A stretch of DNA of 62,817 nucleotides, filler included, from Octopus bimaculoides (lineage: Eukaryota), in assembly GCF_001194135.2 (NCBI RefSeq). It is 6 parts of 6 records of this genome, joined end to end, with 100 filler letters (N's around TTAATTAATTAA, not from the genome) between each part and the next. Parts side by side here need not be neighbours in the genome. Positions count along the whole stretch, not along the records: positions 1 to 25,045 come from NC_069003.1; positions 25,146 to 45,892 come from NC_069004.1; 4 more parts are not named here. One strand, given 5' to 3'. Position numbers and translations under genes: made by a program. How positions within the stretch are numbered: the stretch's first letter is position 1; the number at the start of each line of letters is the position of its first letter. The notes under the pieces were generated by a model. The model ran no database searches. It saw nothing but the letters and a program-made list of their open reading frames with translations, and was not told where the DNA came from. This document shows, one piece after another, positions 14,640 through 28,126 of the stretch.

Positions 14640-14855
14640 ATGAAAGGTCTACTCAACAGGGTGCATAGCTAAAAGATCAGGGAGCTGCTCTAGGTTGAGC
14701 TGGTACGTCTCTACATTGAAAGGTCACAGTTCTGGTGTGATGGTCATAGGATTAGAAGATTGTAGGAAAGAACTGCAAGAATGATTCTTCAAGCTGAGCC
14801 TACCTGCAGGAGACCTGTGGGCAGAATAAGAACAAATTGGTTGGATAATATCCAG
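14640..14855 (+). mobile_element. RTE-clade LINE 3' fragment
   Basis: IERSQFWCDGHRIRRL*ERTARMILQAEPTCRRPVGRIRTNWLDNI resembles the RTE ORF C-terminus (W-GHV-RM..R..GRPR-RW-D). Confidence 0.7.
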
Positions 14856-15003
14856 GTGTGGCTGTGTGGTAAGAAGCTTGTTTCCCAACCACATGGTTCC
14901 AGGTTCAAACTCACTGCATGGCATCTTTGGCAAGTGTCTTCCACTAAAGCTTGGGTTGACCAAAGCCTTGTGAGTGGATTTGGTAGACAGAAACTGAAAG
15001 AAG

Positions 15004-15040
<37 letters not shown>

Positions 15041-16293
15041 TAGGCATAGCTGTGTAGTAATAAGCTTGCCTCCTAACCACATGGATCCAGGCGCTATAGT
15101 AAACAACACTTCCACAAGGTGCTGCACAGCAGGACTGAACTCGAAACAATGTGGTTACAAACCAAGCTGCTTAACCATGGGGCCAAGCCTGCACTTATCA
15201 GAATAACTATATATATTGCCCTGCATCCTTCTTGGAGAACAAACCACAGAGACCTTAGTACAACATTCATGGACCATTTATGGTCTGCTAGTCCCAGCTT
15301 GGAAATTGTTGCGGTAGGACGTGACAATGTTGGGGATTTGACAGCTATATCTAGCGATTCGAATGACCATGTCATTGTTATTGCTGTTGTTGCTTAGGTC
15401 TCCATCAGCCCTGCTCTAGCAGATCTATAATAGCCATTCCACCCTTGACCATCCTGTTGCGTTGTAAATCAGGGACTGAATTGTCAAGTATGTCTTTCCT
15501 TAATTTCAGCTAGCAGCATGTGATTTGACTGCTATTTGTAGCAGATCTATAATAACCATTTCACCCATGACCATCTTGTTGTTTCATAAATCAGGGACTG
15601 CATTGTGAAACATGTCCTTCCTTAATTTGAGACAACAGAGTGTGTTCTGACTGCTGTTTCTAGCTGGGTCTCTCTCTTTGGCTTGTCACCGGCAAACCAC
15701 CACCACAGTTGCAGTACAACTGGTACCACCAACACTACTACCACCAGCACTACCACTAGTGATGCTAACACTCTATAACTTATGTGACCGCAGCTACCGA
15801 ACAACATCAAAAGGAGAAACAAATGGTATTCTTCAGAATCAACCCCACCCCACCCACATATATACACATATGCACACACACATACATACATGCACAAACA
15901 AATATATATATACACACACACACACATATATACATACACAAGCAAACATGTATACACACACACAAACTTATACACATATATACATATATACATATAGACA
16001 TGAGCACATATGTACCACCACCACCACAACCACCACCACAACCACCACCACCACCAATGCCACCCTCTCCAGTGCCACCGTCACCACCACCCTTGACTGC
16101 GCTGCTGCCACCATCACCGCCACATTCACCATTACCCCCAAGTAGTATAAATAGAGCGAGACGGGGTGTGGGGGGGGAGGATGAGGAGGAAATGGAGTCG
16201 TTAAAGTGAGTGTGAGTGGAGTTGGAGGCGGAGGTGCCATTAGTCTGGGAGTTGGTGAAACAGGAAGTTATTAGACAATATTACATTGATTTA

Positions 16294-16324
<31 letters not shown>

Positions 16325-19300
16325 TGTACACACACGCAAACATACATGCATATATACATGTACACAAATACACACACACACATATATAGATATATGCATA
16401 CATGCACACAAACATACACATACACATATGTACATACATACATACACTTGATTGCCAATCATATTCTTCAAAGTTCAGTTCCACTGCAAGACACCTTGGA
16501 CAAATGTCTTCTACTGCAGTGCCAGGCCAGCTTTAGCTCTGAGAGTAGATTTGGCAGATGGAAACTGAAAGAAGCCTGTCATATGAATGTATATGCATGT
16601 ATGTATGTATGCATACATAGACAGAAAGACGCCAATCATGTATGTATGCACATATGTATGTATATGTATGCATGCATCCATACATACATATACACAATGG
16701 GCTTCTTTTAGTTTCTTATTTCTTTATTGCCAACAGGGGGCTACACACAGAGGGAACAAACAAGGACAGACAAAGGGATTAAGTCGATTATGTCAACCCC
16801 AGTGCGTAACTGGTACTTATTTAATCGACCCCCGAAAGGACGAAAAGCAAAATCGACCTCAGTGGAATTTGAACTTAGAACGTAGTGGCATTTCGCTCAG
16901 CGTGCTAACGTTTCTGCCAGCTCGCCGCCTTGGGCTTCTTTCAGTTTCCGTATACCCACTCACAAAGCATTGCTCAGCCTGAGGCTATAGAAGACGCCGC
17001 CTACCCAAGGTGCCATGCAGTGGGACTGAACCTGGAACCATGTGGCTGAGAAGAAAACCTCTTACCACACAGCCACACCAATGTTGATGCTGTTGTGGTT
17101 ATTGTTGTAGTTGTTGCTACTATTATAGTAGATGTTGTTGTGATTGCTATTGTGGTTGTTGTTGATGTTAGTGTTGTTGTTGTTGTTGCTATTGTTGTCG
17201 TCTGTCTGATGTCTGTTGACATGGTAACAACAAGTGAAACAGCAAACTCAAATAAACCAACACATATAAATATACAAAAAAAACCCCCCAACAAAACGAA
17301 ACAAAACAACCCCCCACCCCTCCAACCTAAAAAGAAATAAACACAGGTAGGCGTAAGGGATGGGGGTGGTGGAAGAGGAGGAGGATAAGAAGATGAAGAA
17401 GGAGAGGGGGGAAAGAGTAAAGGTGAGGAGTTGAATAAACAAACAAACAATGAAAGAGAACGAAGGAAATAAAGAAGGAAAAGAAAAATGAAAGAAAACA
17501 GGAAAAAGAAATGAAGTTTTTTAAAAAAACAAAACAAACAAACAAAAGAAAAAAATGTCAATTTTCGTCAAATGACAATATTGCAATGATGCAGAAACGA
17601 CGGCAACAATAACAGCGACAATGACAANNNNNNNNNNNNNNNNNNNNNNNNNNNNNNNNNNNNNNNNNNNNNNNNNNNNNNNNNNNNNNNNNNNNNNNNN
17701 NNNNNNAGAAAGGGAGGTTGGGAGGGAGGGAGGTTGGGAGGGAGGGAGGAGTGAGGCGGGAACATAAAGATATTGATGAATGCACAAACGACAATTAACA
17801 ATTCCGCCTCCGCACGACTGTCTGCCGGCGGCAGCACCACCACCAGTACCAGTACTACTACTACTACTACTACTACTACTACAACCATCATGGCTGCCAT
17901 CACTCCTAAGACAAAATTTGGAAAGACAACTGTTACTAAAGAAGTAGAGCAGGAAGAAAACAAAGGAAAGAGGAGGAAAAGGAAAAGGAGAAAGATGGAA
18001 AGGGAGGAGAAAAGGGATGAAGAAAGAAGAAAAAGGAAAGAGAGGAGGAGGAAGAAGAAGAAGAAAGAGAAGAGGGAAAAGGTGATGAAGAAAGAAGGTA
18101 AAACTGAAGGAGTAGGAAAGAAGAAGAAGGAAAGAAAGAAGAACCAAGTAAGTTTGAAGAAGGAGAAGAAAAGGAAGATGAAGTAAGAAGAATGAAAAGA
18201 GGAAAAAGAACNNNNNNNNNNNNNNNNNNNNNNNNNNNNNNNNNNNNNNNNNNNNNNNNNNNNNNNNNNNNNNNNNNNNNNNNNNNNNNNNNNNGAAGAA
18301 GGAGAAGAAAAGGAAGATGAAGTAAGAAGAATGAAAAGAGGAAAAAGAACTGAAGAAGTTAGAAGGAGAAAAGAAAGAAGAAGAAGAAGAAAAAGAAGAA
18401 TAAGAATAAGAAGAGACCTTCATTAACATAGTAGAACACATTCCAGTGTTGACCCCTTTATGAGTCAGATTACTCTGTCCAACATAATCCTTATTTATTC
18501 ACAAAGTTTTTAATTAATCAGGCATTATCTTGATGCTTTGAGATTCCGATGGTATGATTGTTTATTTTCAGCAGGACATTGTAAGGTAGGTATGAAAGGC
18601 TGGATACAGCCAGTCTGAACATAAAACAGGTAGAATATTTTGGCCTGGGTGCGTTTATGCAGCGCTGGCACGGGTGTTGTTGTAAGTGGCACCGGCAGCT
18701 GAAAGGACGAGTCTGTATGTATGGAAGGCAGCTATTTTACTTAGCTTAAAGTGTCTTATCAAGTACAGTAAATTGCCAAAACTGCCAAGTTCCTTGTTAA
18801 ATATGGATCTTGAATAATGATGATGAGGACATGTTGCCATTGTCATTTCACAGACATGTGTGGGACAGTTTGACAAATTCTGACGGGTTGGAGGACTGCA
18901 TTGTGCTCTAGTGCCTGCTTTGGCAGGGTTTCTATAACTGGATGCTCTTCCTAACACTAACCATTTTACTGTGAGTGTTGGGTTTTTTCTTCTTCTTTTT
19001 CAGGGTGCCTTTTTTTTTTTAAGGGCTGCCCCATACCACCCACAAGACTATGAAACTTGAGGGAAAGTAAAGTACTAAAATAAAAACCTAAGGTGGTTGT
19101 CATTTCCAGAATGTCTTTGATAAGGTCTGCTTCATCAGGACTGACCTACAGCTTTATAGCAAAAACATACTGGTTTTATAACTTACGACATTTAAAAAAA
19201 AACAAAACCCTCCAACAAAGTCACGTTTCACAGGATTTGAACATGAAACACAGAAGTAAGTAAGACTTTAGACTTTAATCCTAGTACAATGCTCTGTAAT

Positions 19301-20243
19301 TTCTGCTGCCAACTCAAATCATTTATCATTTAATAAATATTCGAAAACAAAAAGTAGATATCATTTCCATTAATATAACTGGTTCATCTCGATTAAAACC
19401 AGCTTCTTTTCTTTTGTGTGTGTGTTTTTTTTTAATCTCTTCCGCCACTGTATTTAGCTTAGTTGTTGCTGTTGTTAATTCTTCTCTCAAAAGAACTTAA
19501 CCGAAATAATTTAGAAAATTTTTTCTGGAAATGTAATAAATGCATAACATAAATAAAAGGTTATCGCTTGGCTTTATTCAAATTAGGACACAAAAGGATC
19601 AAAATGGGTTAATCCTTTTCTTTTTGTTTAACTTTTTTTTTAAAAATTTATAAATTTTGAAAATTTATTTATTTATTTTGTTGGTGTTAACTAACTTTTC
19701 TTTTTGTGTTGATCTACAACTAACTTTTCCCACTGAAATTAAAAATTTCTTTTTTTTTCATTTTCTGTTTTCCTATTTCACTGCGAAACAAATTTATTGT
19801 TGTTGTTGTTTTATTTAAAAAAACAAAAAAAACAAAATAAAACAAAGCAAAGCAAATTGAAAATAAAAAAATAAAACGATAATAGCATATCGTTTCAAAA
19901 GTATTTTTCATAATTAACCAAAACAGCATTAAATTAACAGCAAAAAGTAAAAAAAAAAAAAAAAAAAATACATGCACACAAATACATAGAAAGCCCAAAC
20001 AAATTAAAATTATTTGAAAGCCATGCATTGTGTGTGTGTGTTTAATTCATAAGTTTATCCCTTGTTTTAACACTGCTGCTGTTGTTGTTGTTGTTGTAGT
20101 TATTGGTCTTTTAGCTAACTAATATCTTTTATGGTGTGGCGCTATAGACTGTGTCTACAATACATCAGGATCAATAGCGTTTTTTTTTCTTTCTTACTGA
20201 CAATGTTAACAGGATGAGAGAAGAAGACAAACAAAACACACAC

Positions 20244-20290
<47 letters not shown>

Positions 20291-20589
20291 CACATGCACA
20301 CAGAGTCATGTATACACTTTTATAGATGGTGCGTATGCGCAGAGAACTATCTCTGTGGCGTTGATAAAAACTGCCATCAATAACTACATTCAGACGAAAA
20401 CCGTTTTTTTAAAAAATTATTTGTTTTTGTTTCGGCTGTTGCTAGTTAACCTTTTCCATGTTGTTATCTCATTTAACAACGGAAAGACACTGATGGTGAT
20501 GATGATGATGATGATGACGATGAAGATGGTGATGATGATGGCTGCAGTAATGAATTCTATGTGTAAGACAATGGCATAGAAATGACATG

Positions 20590-21710
20590 ATGGTGATGGT
20601 TTTCGACTGTAGATTATTGGCAGTAGTAACCACAATTATGATGGTGATGATGAAGATGATGGCGGTATGATGATGGTGATGGTTTTACTGTAGAGTAATG
20701 ATAATGATGATGATGATGGCTTTTAACTAGATTATTGGCAGTGGTAACGACAATTATGATGGTGATGATGATGATAATGGTATGATGGTTTTACTGTAGA
20801 GTATTGGTAGTAATAATGATAACTATGATGAAGACGGTTTTTAACTAGATTATTGGCAGCAGTAATAACAATGACGATGATGACGATGATTAAATGATGA
20901 TGCTGGTGATGTGATGACGGCGATGGTTTTACTGTAGAATATTTACTCTTTTACTTGTTTCAGTCATTTGACTGCGGCCATGCTGGAGCACTGCCTTTTA
21001 GTCGAGCTAATCGACCCCAAGACTTATTCTTTGTAAGCCTAGTACTTATTCTATCGGTCTCTCTTTTGCCGAACCGCTAAGTTACGGGGACGTAAACACA
21101 CCGACATCGGTTGTCAAGCGATGTTGGAGGGACAAACACAGACATATAAACATATACACACACAAACACACACATATATATATACATATATACGACGGGC
21201 TACTTTCAGTTTCCATCTACCAAATCCACTCACAAGGCTTTGGTCGGCCCGAGGCTATAGTAGAAGACACTTGCCCAAGGTGCCATGCAGTGGGACTGAA
21301 CCCGGAACCATGTGGTTGGTAAGCAAGCTACTTACCACACAGCCACTCCTGCGCCTATGGTAATAGTAATGACAATTATGATGATGATGAAGATGGTGAT
21401 GACCATGATGATTTGACGATGATGCTGAGCCTCATAATTATTGTCACCACTGCTCTGTGTATTGACATTATTACGATAATAGTGATGATGATGATGATGG
21501 TTTTAATGTAAATTATTGGTACTAGCAGAAATGACAATTATGATGATACTGGAGATGATGATGATGATGATGATCGCAGCAGTAATGAATTTGAAGTAGA
21601 CAATGTCGTCACTGATGAAGGCAATGTGGATGGTGATGACAATGATGATGATGACGGCTTTAATGTAGATATTGGCAGCAGCAATGAGAATTATGATTGA
21701 TGACAGCAGA
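20590..21710. repeat. (GAT)n-embedded minisatellite interrupted by a family A SINE
   Basis: Recurrent ggttttactgtagattattggcagtagtaac-acaattatgatg units on both sides of 20946-21356. Confidence 0.6.
20946..21356 (-). mobile_element. Full-length tRNA-derived SINE, family A (reference copy)
   Basis: Head TGGCTGTGTGGTAAG..GGTTCAGTCCC (A/B-box-like), body ccttgggcaagtgtcttctactatagcc, internal (TA/TG)n linker, 3' ggtgctccagcatggccgcagtcaaatgactgaaacaagtaaaag; about 20 related copies in the window. Confidence 0.85.
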
Positions 21711-22611
21711 GATTCTGACAACACTGACGATCTCCACGACGATGATGATGATGGTGGTGGTAGTGATGGTGGTGGTGATAGTGTTTGATATAGACATCAG
21801 TGATAATAATGAAGGCGCTGGAAACAATAGTGAGATGATGACGATGATGATTATGATGACGACGACAGAGGAGTTTATTCAACAGCAATGACAATTAATA
21901 ACTATGTGGTGGTGGTGGTGGTGGGGTGGGGGGAGGCCCCTCAGTGATAACAATGGAGCATCTGGAAACAATGGGGATGATGATGATTCAGCAGTGATGA
22001 CAATTAATGAAAATGACAGTAATGAATTGGATGTAGACAATGAATGGCCAGCAATAACGATGACAATGATGACCATAATGATGATGATGATGATGATGAT
22101 GATACACGCATGCACACACACACACATCACAGGTGCAGGAATGGCTGTGTGGTAAGAGGCTGGCTTCCAAACCACATGGTCCCAAGATCTATCCCACTGC
22201 GAAGCACAATGAACGTTAAATGATGATCACACACACACACACATGTGCGCGCACACACAGGAACACACACAGAGTAAAATACAGCATGAAAGATGACAAA
22301 GGAACAGTGTGTGTGTTATTGTTTCGTTGCCTTGACATCATGTGATAGTCGTAAACGAGTGTCACCGACATACAAGTGGTGCCTTTTATTTTCAATCTTC
22401 TCTGGAAAACATGCCTCGTGATGACAGGGGGAGGGGAGATATCACCTCCCTTGGAAACAGGTAAGGGTTGGTGACAGAAAAGGCATCCAGCTGTAACTTT
22501 ATCTACCTCAATAAATTCCATCTGACCCACGCAAGCATGGCCAAGTGGACATTAAAATGATGATGATGATGATGATGTTACACACAGAAGTGATGACAAT
22601 AATAATTCTTT

Positions 22612-23037
22612 CCACTAAAGGTAGAAGGCTTGAAATTTTGGGTGAGAGGGCTAACCAATTACATCGACCCCAGTGTTTCACTGGTACTTAATTTATCGAC
22701 CCCTGAAAGGATGAAAGGCGAAGTCGACCTTGGCGGAATTTGAACTCAGAACGTAAAGACAGACGAAATACCGCTAAGCATTTCACCCAGCGTGCCAAAG
22801 TTTCTTATTTCTTTATTGCCCACAAGGGGCTAAACATAGAGGGGACAAACAAGGGCAGACAAAGGGATTAAGTCGATTACATCGACCCCAGTGCGTAACT
22901 CATACTTAATTTATCAACCCTGAAAGGATGAAAGGCAAAGTCGACCTCGGCGGAATTTGAACTCAGAACGTAACGGCAGACGAAATGCCGCTATGCATTT
23001 CGCCCGGCGTGCTAACCATTCTGCCAGCACGCCGCCT
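22612..23037 (-). mobile_element. SINE family B tandem dimer
   Basis: Two successive family B cores joined at the tail/head GAAAC microhomology near 22800. Confidence 0.75.
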
Positions 23038-23879
23038 TCAGTGATGACAACAACAACGATGCTGATCCTGATAAAGCAGTGATGAAAATTAATAACGACG
23101 ATGCTGTTGATGAACAAACACATCAACGGCGACAATGTCGACGATGACAATGATGACAGTGATGACACTGTCGATACACATAGCAGCAATGACGATAACA
23201 ATTAACAATAAAGATGGGGATGATGTTGATGATGATGATGATGTTGATGATGATGATGATGTTGATGATGATGATGTTGATGATGATGATGTTGATGATG
23301 TTGATGTTGAATGCTGAAAGTGTTAACAGAAACCGTAATGAAGTGGACAATTAGTCGCAGTGTTCAGTCACAACAATGGTCTCTGTCTGTCAGATCTCCC
23401 ATTCAGTCACAAGAGGATTACTGCTAATGGCCACCCCCTCACAACACCCCCAACACCACCACCCCTATTACTAATCTCTATGTAGGGGTCTTTTGCATTC
23501 ATTGTCGTGTTCCTCTGTATCTTTTTTTTACCTTTTTGCTTGTTTCAGTCATTGGACTGCGGCCATGCTGGAGCACCGCCTTGAAAAAGTCTCAGTCGAA
23601 CGAGTCGTCAACCCCCCCGGGACTTTCTTTTTCTTTCGAACCTGTTAATTCTTATTCTAACAGTCTCTCTTTGCTGAACCACTAGGTTATGGGGGATGTA
23701 AACAAAACAACACCTGCCGTCGAGTGGTGATGGGGAATACACACAAAGACATGTGCAAACACACACACACACACACATTGCTCTGTGATCACTTTGATAC
23801 CTGACATAAAGCACACTGTACACCTGTTCAGGTAACATCAGTTTGATGAAAGAATTGAGTTAATAATAATAACAATACT

Positions 23880-24311
23880 GATTTCAAATTTTGTTACATG
23901 GCCAGCAATTTTGGCGAAGGTGACTAGTTGATTACATCAACACCTGTACACGACAGGTACTTATTTTATTGACCCCCCCCCCTCAAAAAAAAGGATGAAA
24001 GGTAAAAATCGCCCTCGGCAGAATTTGAACTCGGAACATAAGGACAGAAAAAATACCGCTAAGCATTTCCTCCAGCTTGCTGTCTTCATAATAATAGTAA
24101 TCTTTTCTACTCTAGGCACAAGGCCCAAAATTCTGGGGGCAGTCGATGAGATCGACCCCAGCATTCAGCTGGTACTTATTTTATCAACCATGAAAGGATG
24201 AAAAGCAAAGTTGACCTTGGTGGAATTTGAACTCAGAATGCAAGGACAGACGAAATACCACTAAGCATTTTGTCCAGCACATGCTAACAATTCTGCCACC
24301 TTGCCACCTTC

Positions 24312-24346
<35 letters not shown>

Positions 24347-25045
24347 TATAATAATAATAATGTTTTCAAATTTTGCCACAAGGACAGAAACTTGGGGAAG
24401 GGGTTAAGTTGATTACACCGACCCCCAGTGCACACCTGGTACATAATTTATTGACCCCGAAAGGATGAACGGCAAAGTTGACCTCAGGGGAATTTGAACT
24501 CAGAACATAGCAGCAGACAAAATACCACTAAGTATTTCGCCTGGTGTGCTAACGATTCTGCCAGCTCACCACCTTAATAATAATAATAATAAATAAATAA
24601 ATAAATGCACCCTTTTAAAGCCTAGCCAGGCTCATGGGCCCGGTTTCCCGGTTTCTGTGGCGTATGTGTTCCCCAGCTGGACAGGACACCAGTCCATCGC
24701 AGCGTTACTCATTTTTGCCAGCTAAATGGACTGGAGCAACGTGCCATGAAATGTTTTGCTCAAGAACACAAGTCACCCGGTCCAGGAATCGAAACCACAA
24801 TCTTACGATCATAATGCTGACACCCTAACCACTAAGCCACGCACCTCAACCTTAATAATAGTAATAATAATTTCAAATTTTGGCACAAAGCTAGCAATTT
24901 TGAGGGGATGAGGGGTAAGTCGATGACATTACCTCTTAGTGTTCAACTGGTTACTTATTTTATTGTCCCTCCTGCCCTAAATGGCGAAAGGCAAAGTCGC
25001 CCTCGGCAGAATTTGAACTCAGAAATTCGAGACAGGTAAAATGCC
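23880..25045 (-). mobile_element. Cluster of four family B SINEs, all on the minus strand (with a family D SINE at 24605-24848)
   Basis: Repeated gaatttgaactc/aaataccgctaagcattt cores at ~23880-24075, 24100-24305, 24360-24573, 24860-25045, mostly separated by (AAT)n tails. Confidence 0.75.
24605..24848 (-). mobile_element. tRNA-derived SINE, family D (V-SINE-like core)
   Basis: Minus strand: tggcttagtggttagggtgtcagc..ggtttcgattcc tRNA-like head, then gtgttcttgagcaaaaca and gcgatggactggtgtcctgtccag, which I recall as V-domain-like. Confidence 0.65.
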
Positions 25046-25145
25046 NNNNNNNNNNNNNNNNNNNNNNNNNNNNNNNNNNNNNNNNNNNNTTAATTAATTA
25101 ANNNNNNNNNNNNNNNNNNNNNNNNNNNNNNNNNNNNNNNNNNNN
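25046..25145. other. Artificial scaffold join, 44N-TTAATTAATTAA-44N (also 45893-45992, 48547-48646, 54906-55005, 59483-59582)
   Basis: Five identical 100-bp constructs; the 12-mer carries stop codons in all six frames. Confidence 0.95.
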
Positions 25146-25189
<44 letters not shown>

Positions 25190-27580
25190 TGGTGCTATAA
25201 GACTTAAGCGGAACAGTGAAATATCAATAATATATCATTGCTGACAAATCAACGGAACTCTAACAGCTGGCAATGAAACACGAAGGGAATAAGGTTTTAT
25301 AATTCTAACAAATCTGTCAACGGTAGAAGAGAAAGCTTAGAGACTTAGAATATATACACTTTGTACGTAGATTTATAAGAATACTGTCCGCCTACCTCAA
25401 AAGAAGTCGGAATCGAATTGACATCGCATGGAAGATGCAGCAGACTGCATTACGTATGCATGCCTGAATATGTATCTGTCTGTATGTGTACATACATACA
25501 TTTACACACTCAAACACACGTATGCACTATTATGTATATATATATATATATATATATGCACACATACACATATATATGTACTGACAATATATACGAATAT
25601 ACATGTACATACATATATATTTTCATATATACACATTATATATAAATGCATTTCTGTTTCGAGCAATTCATATAACTGCCACTTTTCGATATACTTATAT
25701 CTATAAATCTATCTGTCGATGTATCTATCTCTCTCATTCTGTCAGTCNNNNNNNNNNNNNNNNNNNNNNNNNNNNNNNNNNNNNNNNNNNNNNNNNNNNN
25801 NNNNNNNNNNNNNNNNNNNNNNNNNNNNNNNNNNNNNNNNNNNNNNNNNNNNNNNNNNNNNNNNNNNNNNNNNNNNNNNNNNNNNNNNNNNNNNNNNNNN
25901 NNNNNNNNNNNNNNNNNNNNNNNNNNNNNNNNNNNNNNNNNNNNNNNNNNNTAAGATATAAGATATATATATATATATATATAAGATATAAGATATATAT
26001 ATATATATGTATGTTTGCATGCATAGATACCTACATACAGACATACACACACGTTTTAGGGCATATATTTCTGTGTGTGCAAATATATGTGCTTCTGTAT
26101 GTGAAAGTGTTTCGACGCAGTATGACCGAATAAACAGGAAGCTCATTTCGTAGTGCAGTTTTACAGAGATGGGAATGCCAATATGGCGGCGGGGGCATCG
26201 GTTGATCGAGGTTCTGTTTGTATATACCTTTCAATTATTTATCACTATTTGAACGACAAAAGTGCTTAGTTGAAAACAGTAGGACACTAGCCATCTTTTT
26301 CTATAAATTTGCGAAATTCCCCGTTCTATGGTTTCTCTAGTTCTTCGTCTTTTCTAGTTTCATACATAAACTTATTAGATACTTATAATGTTATTTTATA
26401 TCTTTAAAGATTTCGATCGTGTTGCAATTGTAATACTCCAATTCATTTCAGTACATGAAAGATTTCGATTGTATCTGAGATTGCATTCCATATTTAAGCT
26501 TATTTAGAACGTAATACACGAAGTCGTTTCGTTAGTTTATAGAGTAACATCTTGTATCTCACGGCGTTCCGTAGTTAAGGTTGGTGAACGCTTATTGTGA
26601 CACAGTGAATGGATGCGGCTATTAAAACACGCGATATATATATAAAGGTTAACTTGTCTTTCGAGGCAAAGGAGAGAATAGGTAAAGATAAACACCCAAA
26701 GGATAGAACATCAACCAGAGACAAGATGGAACCCTTATTGAAATACTTCAAAACTTCCGGTAAAGAGCTTCAAAGCTTCAGAACGTGAACTCGTAATGCT
26801 AATCGCTCGAAACTGCGTCCACGCGAACAAAGCACCTCCAAATACACTTGAGCACACAAACACACCGTACACACACATATATATATTCATAGATACACAC
26901 ACATGCACACACTCATATGTGTGTATGTATATATATATGTGTATGTGTGTTACTTTATATAAATACATGTATATATATCTGTGTATATATATGTGTATAT
27001 ATATGTATATATATGCACGTACACATCGCCGAAAAGATCAAAGGCAAAGTCGAGTTCGGTGGCATTTGAACTCAGAAGGGGGAACTCCGAAGAAATGTTT
27101 CTAAGCATGCGCTAATGATTTTGCGAGCTTGCTGCCCTGATAAAACTTCAATCTAGAAATGGAAAACCATAGCCTTTACCTAAGCGTTAAGTCCGCGAAC
27201 ATACGAACGGTATCTCCATTAATTCACGCATTAAAAATAATCTTACGGTAAGAAGCAGAGCAAAACTAGGAAGCGCCATTCCTCATGATTGATCTGGCTC
27301 TACGAAAACATCGCTACAAGACAAGGCAAGGCAACAACACCATTTCAGGTTAATAGTCCTACAGATCATATTGACATAATCGAAAATACAAAACTGTGTT
27401 AATATCAAGGAAAAATCAATTAGTAAAGAGAACTTCATCCAGTTAACAATTATCAATTATTCAAGAGATGAAGCCTGAAAAATCTCAGGCATCTAACTAA
27501 GATTGCATATTTCCCAAGAGAACACCTTCCATTAAAACTTTCCCATGAGACATCTTCTCTAGATTTATCTTTCTCAGTCT

Positions 27581-27581
<1 letters not shown>

Positions 27582-27661
<80 letters not shown>

Positions 27662-27662
27662 A
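27582..27662. repeat. (TCTA)n microsatellite, representative of many SSRs
   Basis: Direct reading. Others include (TAG)n ~30705-30750, (AAT)n ~32353-32421, (GT)n ~36375-36450, (AC)n ~42870-42978, (ACT)n ~44958-45047, (ATT)n ~47473-47536, (AC)n ~51092-51185, (TCTA)n ~55651-55780, (AC)n ~56080-56176. Confidence 0.95.
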
Positions 27663-28080
27663 TAACTTAAACGTATAGCAATAGATAATTAACAGGAACA
27701 GAGACTACATGTATGTATGTATGTATGTATATATGTATGTATGCATGTATGTGTGTATGTACGTGTGTACGTGTGTGTGTGTATGTATACATATACAGAG
27801 AGAGAGAGAAAGAGAGAGAATGAGAATGAGAGTTTTGACGTGTATTTAGTTGTATAAGGAAAGAAGGACCTTAATATATCGCTTGATGATGCTGACGATG
27901 ATGCTCCACCGTACATATACACACGCATATCGCACACACACATCCAATGCAACCCGTTTTCCGTTACAACCGCAGTGAAACTTTTTACACCTGAAGAATT
28001 CCGGCTCTGACCGAGAACGCCTCAACTTCACATGCCGCCTGACTATATACATATGTAAATATATATGTAAATACATACAC

Positions 28081-28126
<46 letters not shown>

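Noticed and set aside
17773-18186. 137-aa Thr-rich then Lys/Glu/Arg-rich ORF
   Set aside because: Composed of (ACT)n and purine-rich simple repeats, with no splice or domain support
20946-21356. tRNA-like A/B-box heads (here and in families B and D)
   Set aside because: They are followed by SINE bodies, multi-copy and diverged, with no complete cloverleaf, so they are not tRNA genes
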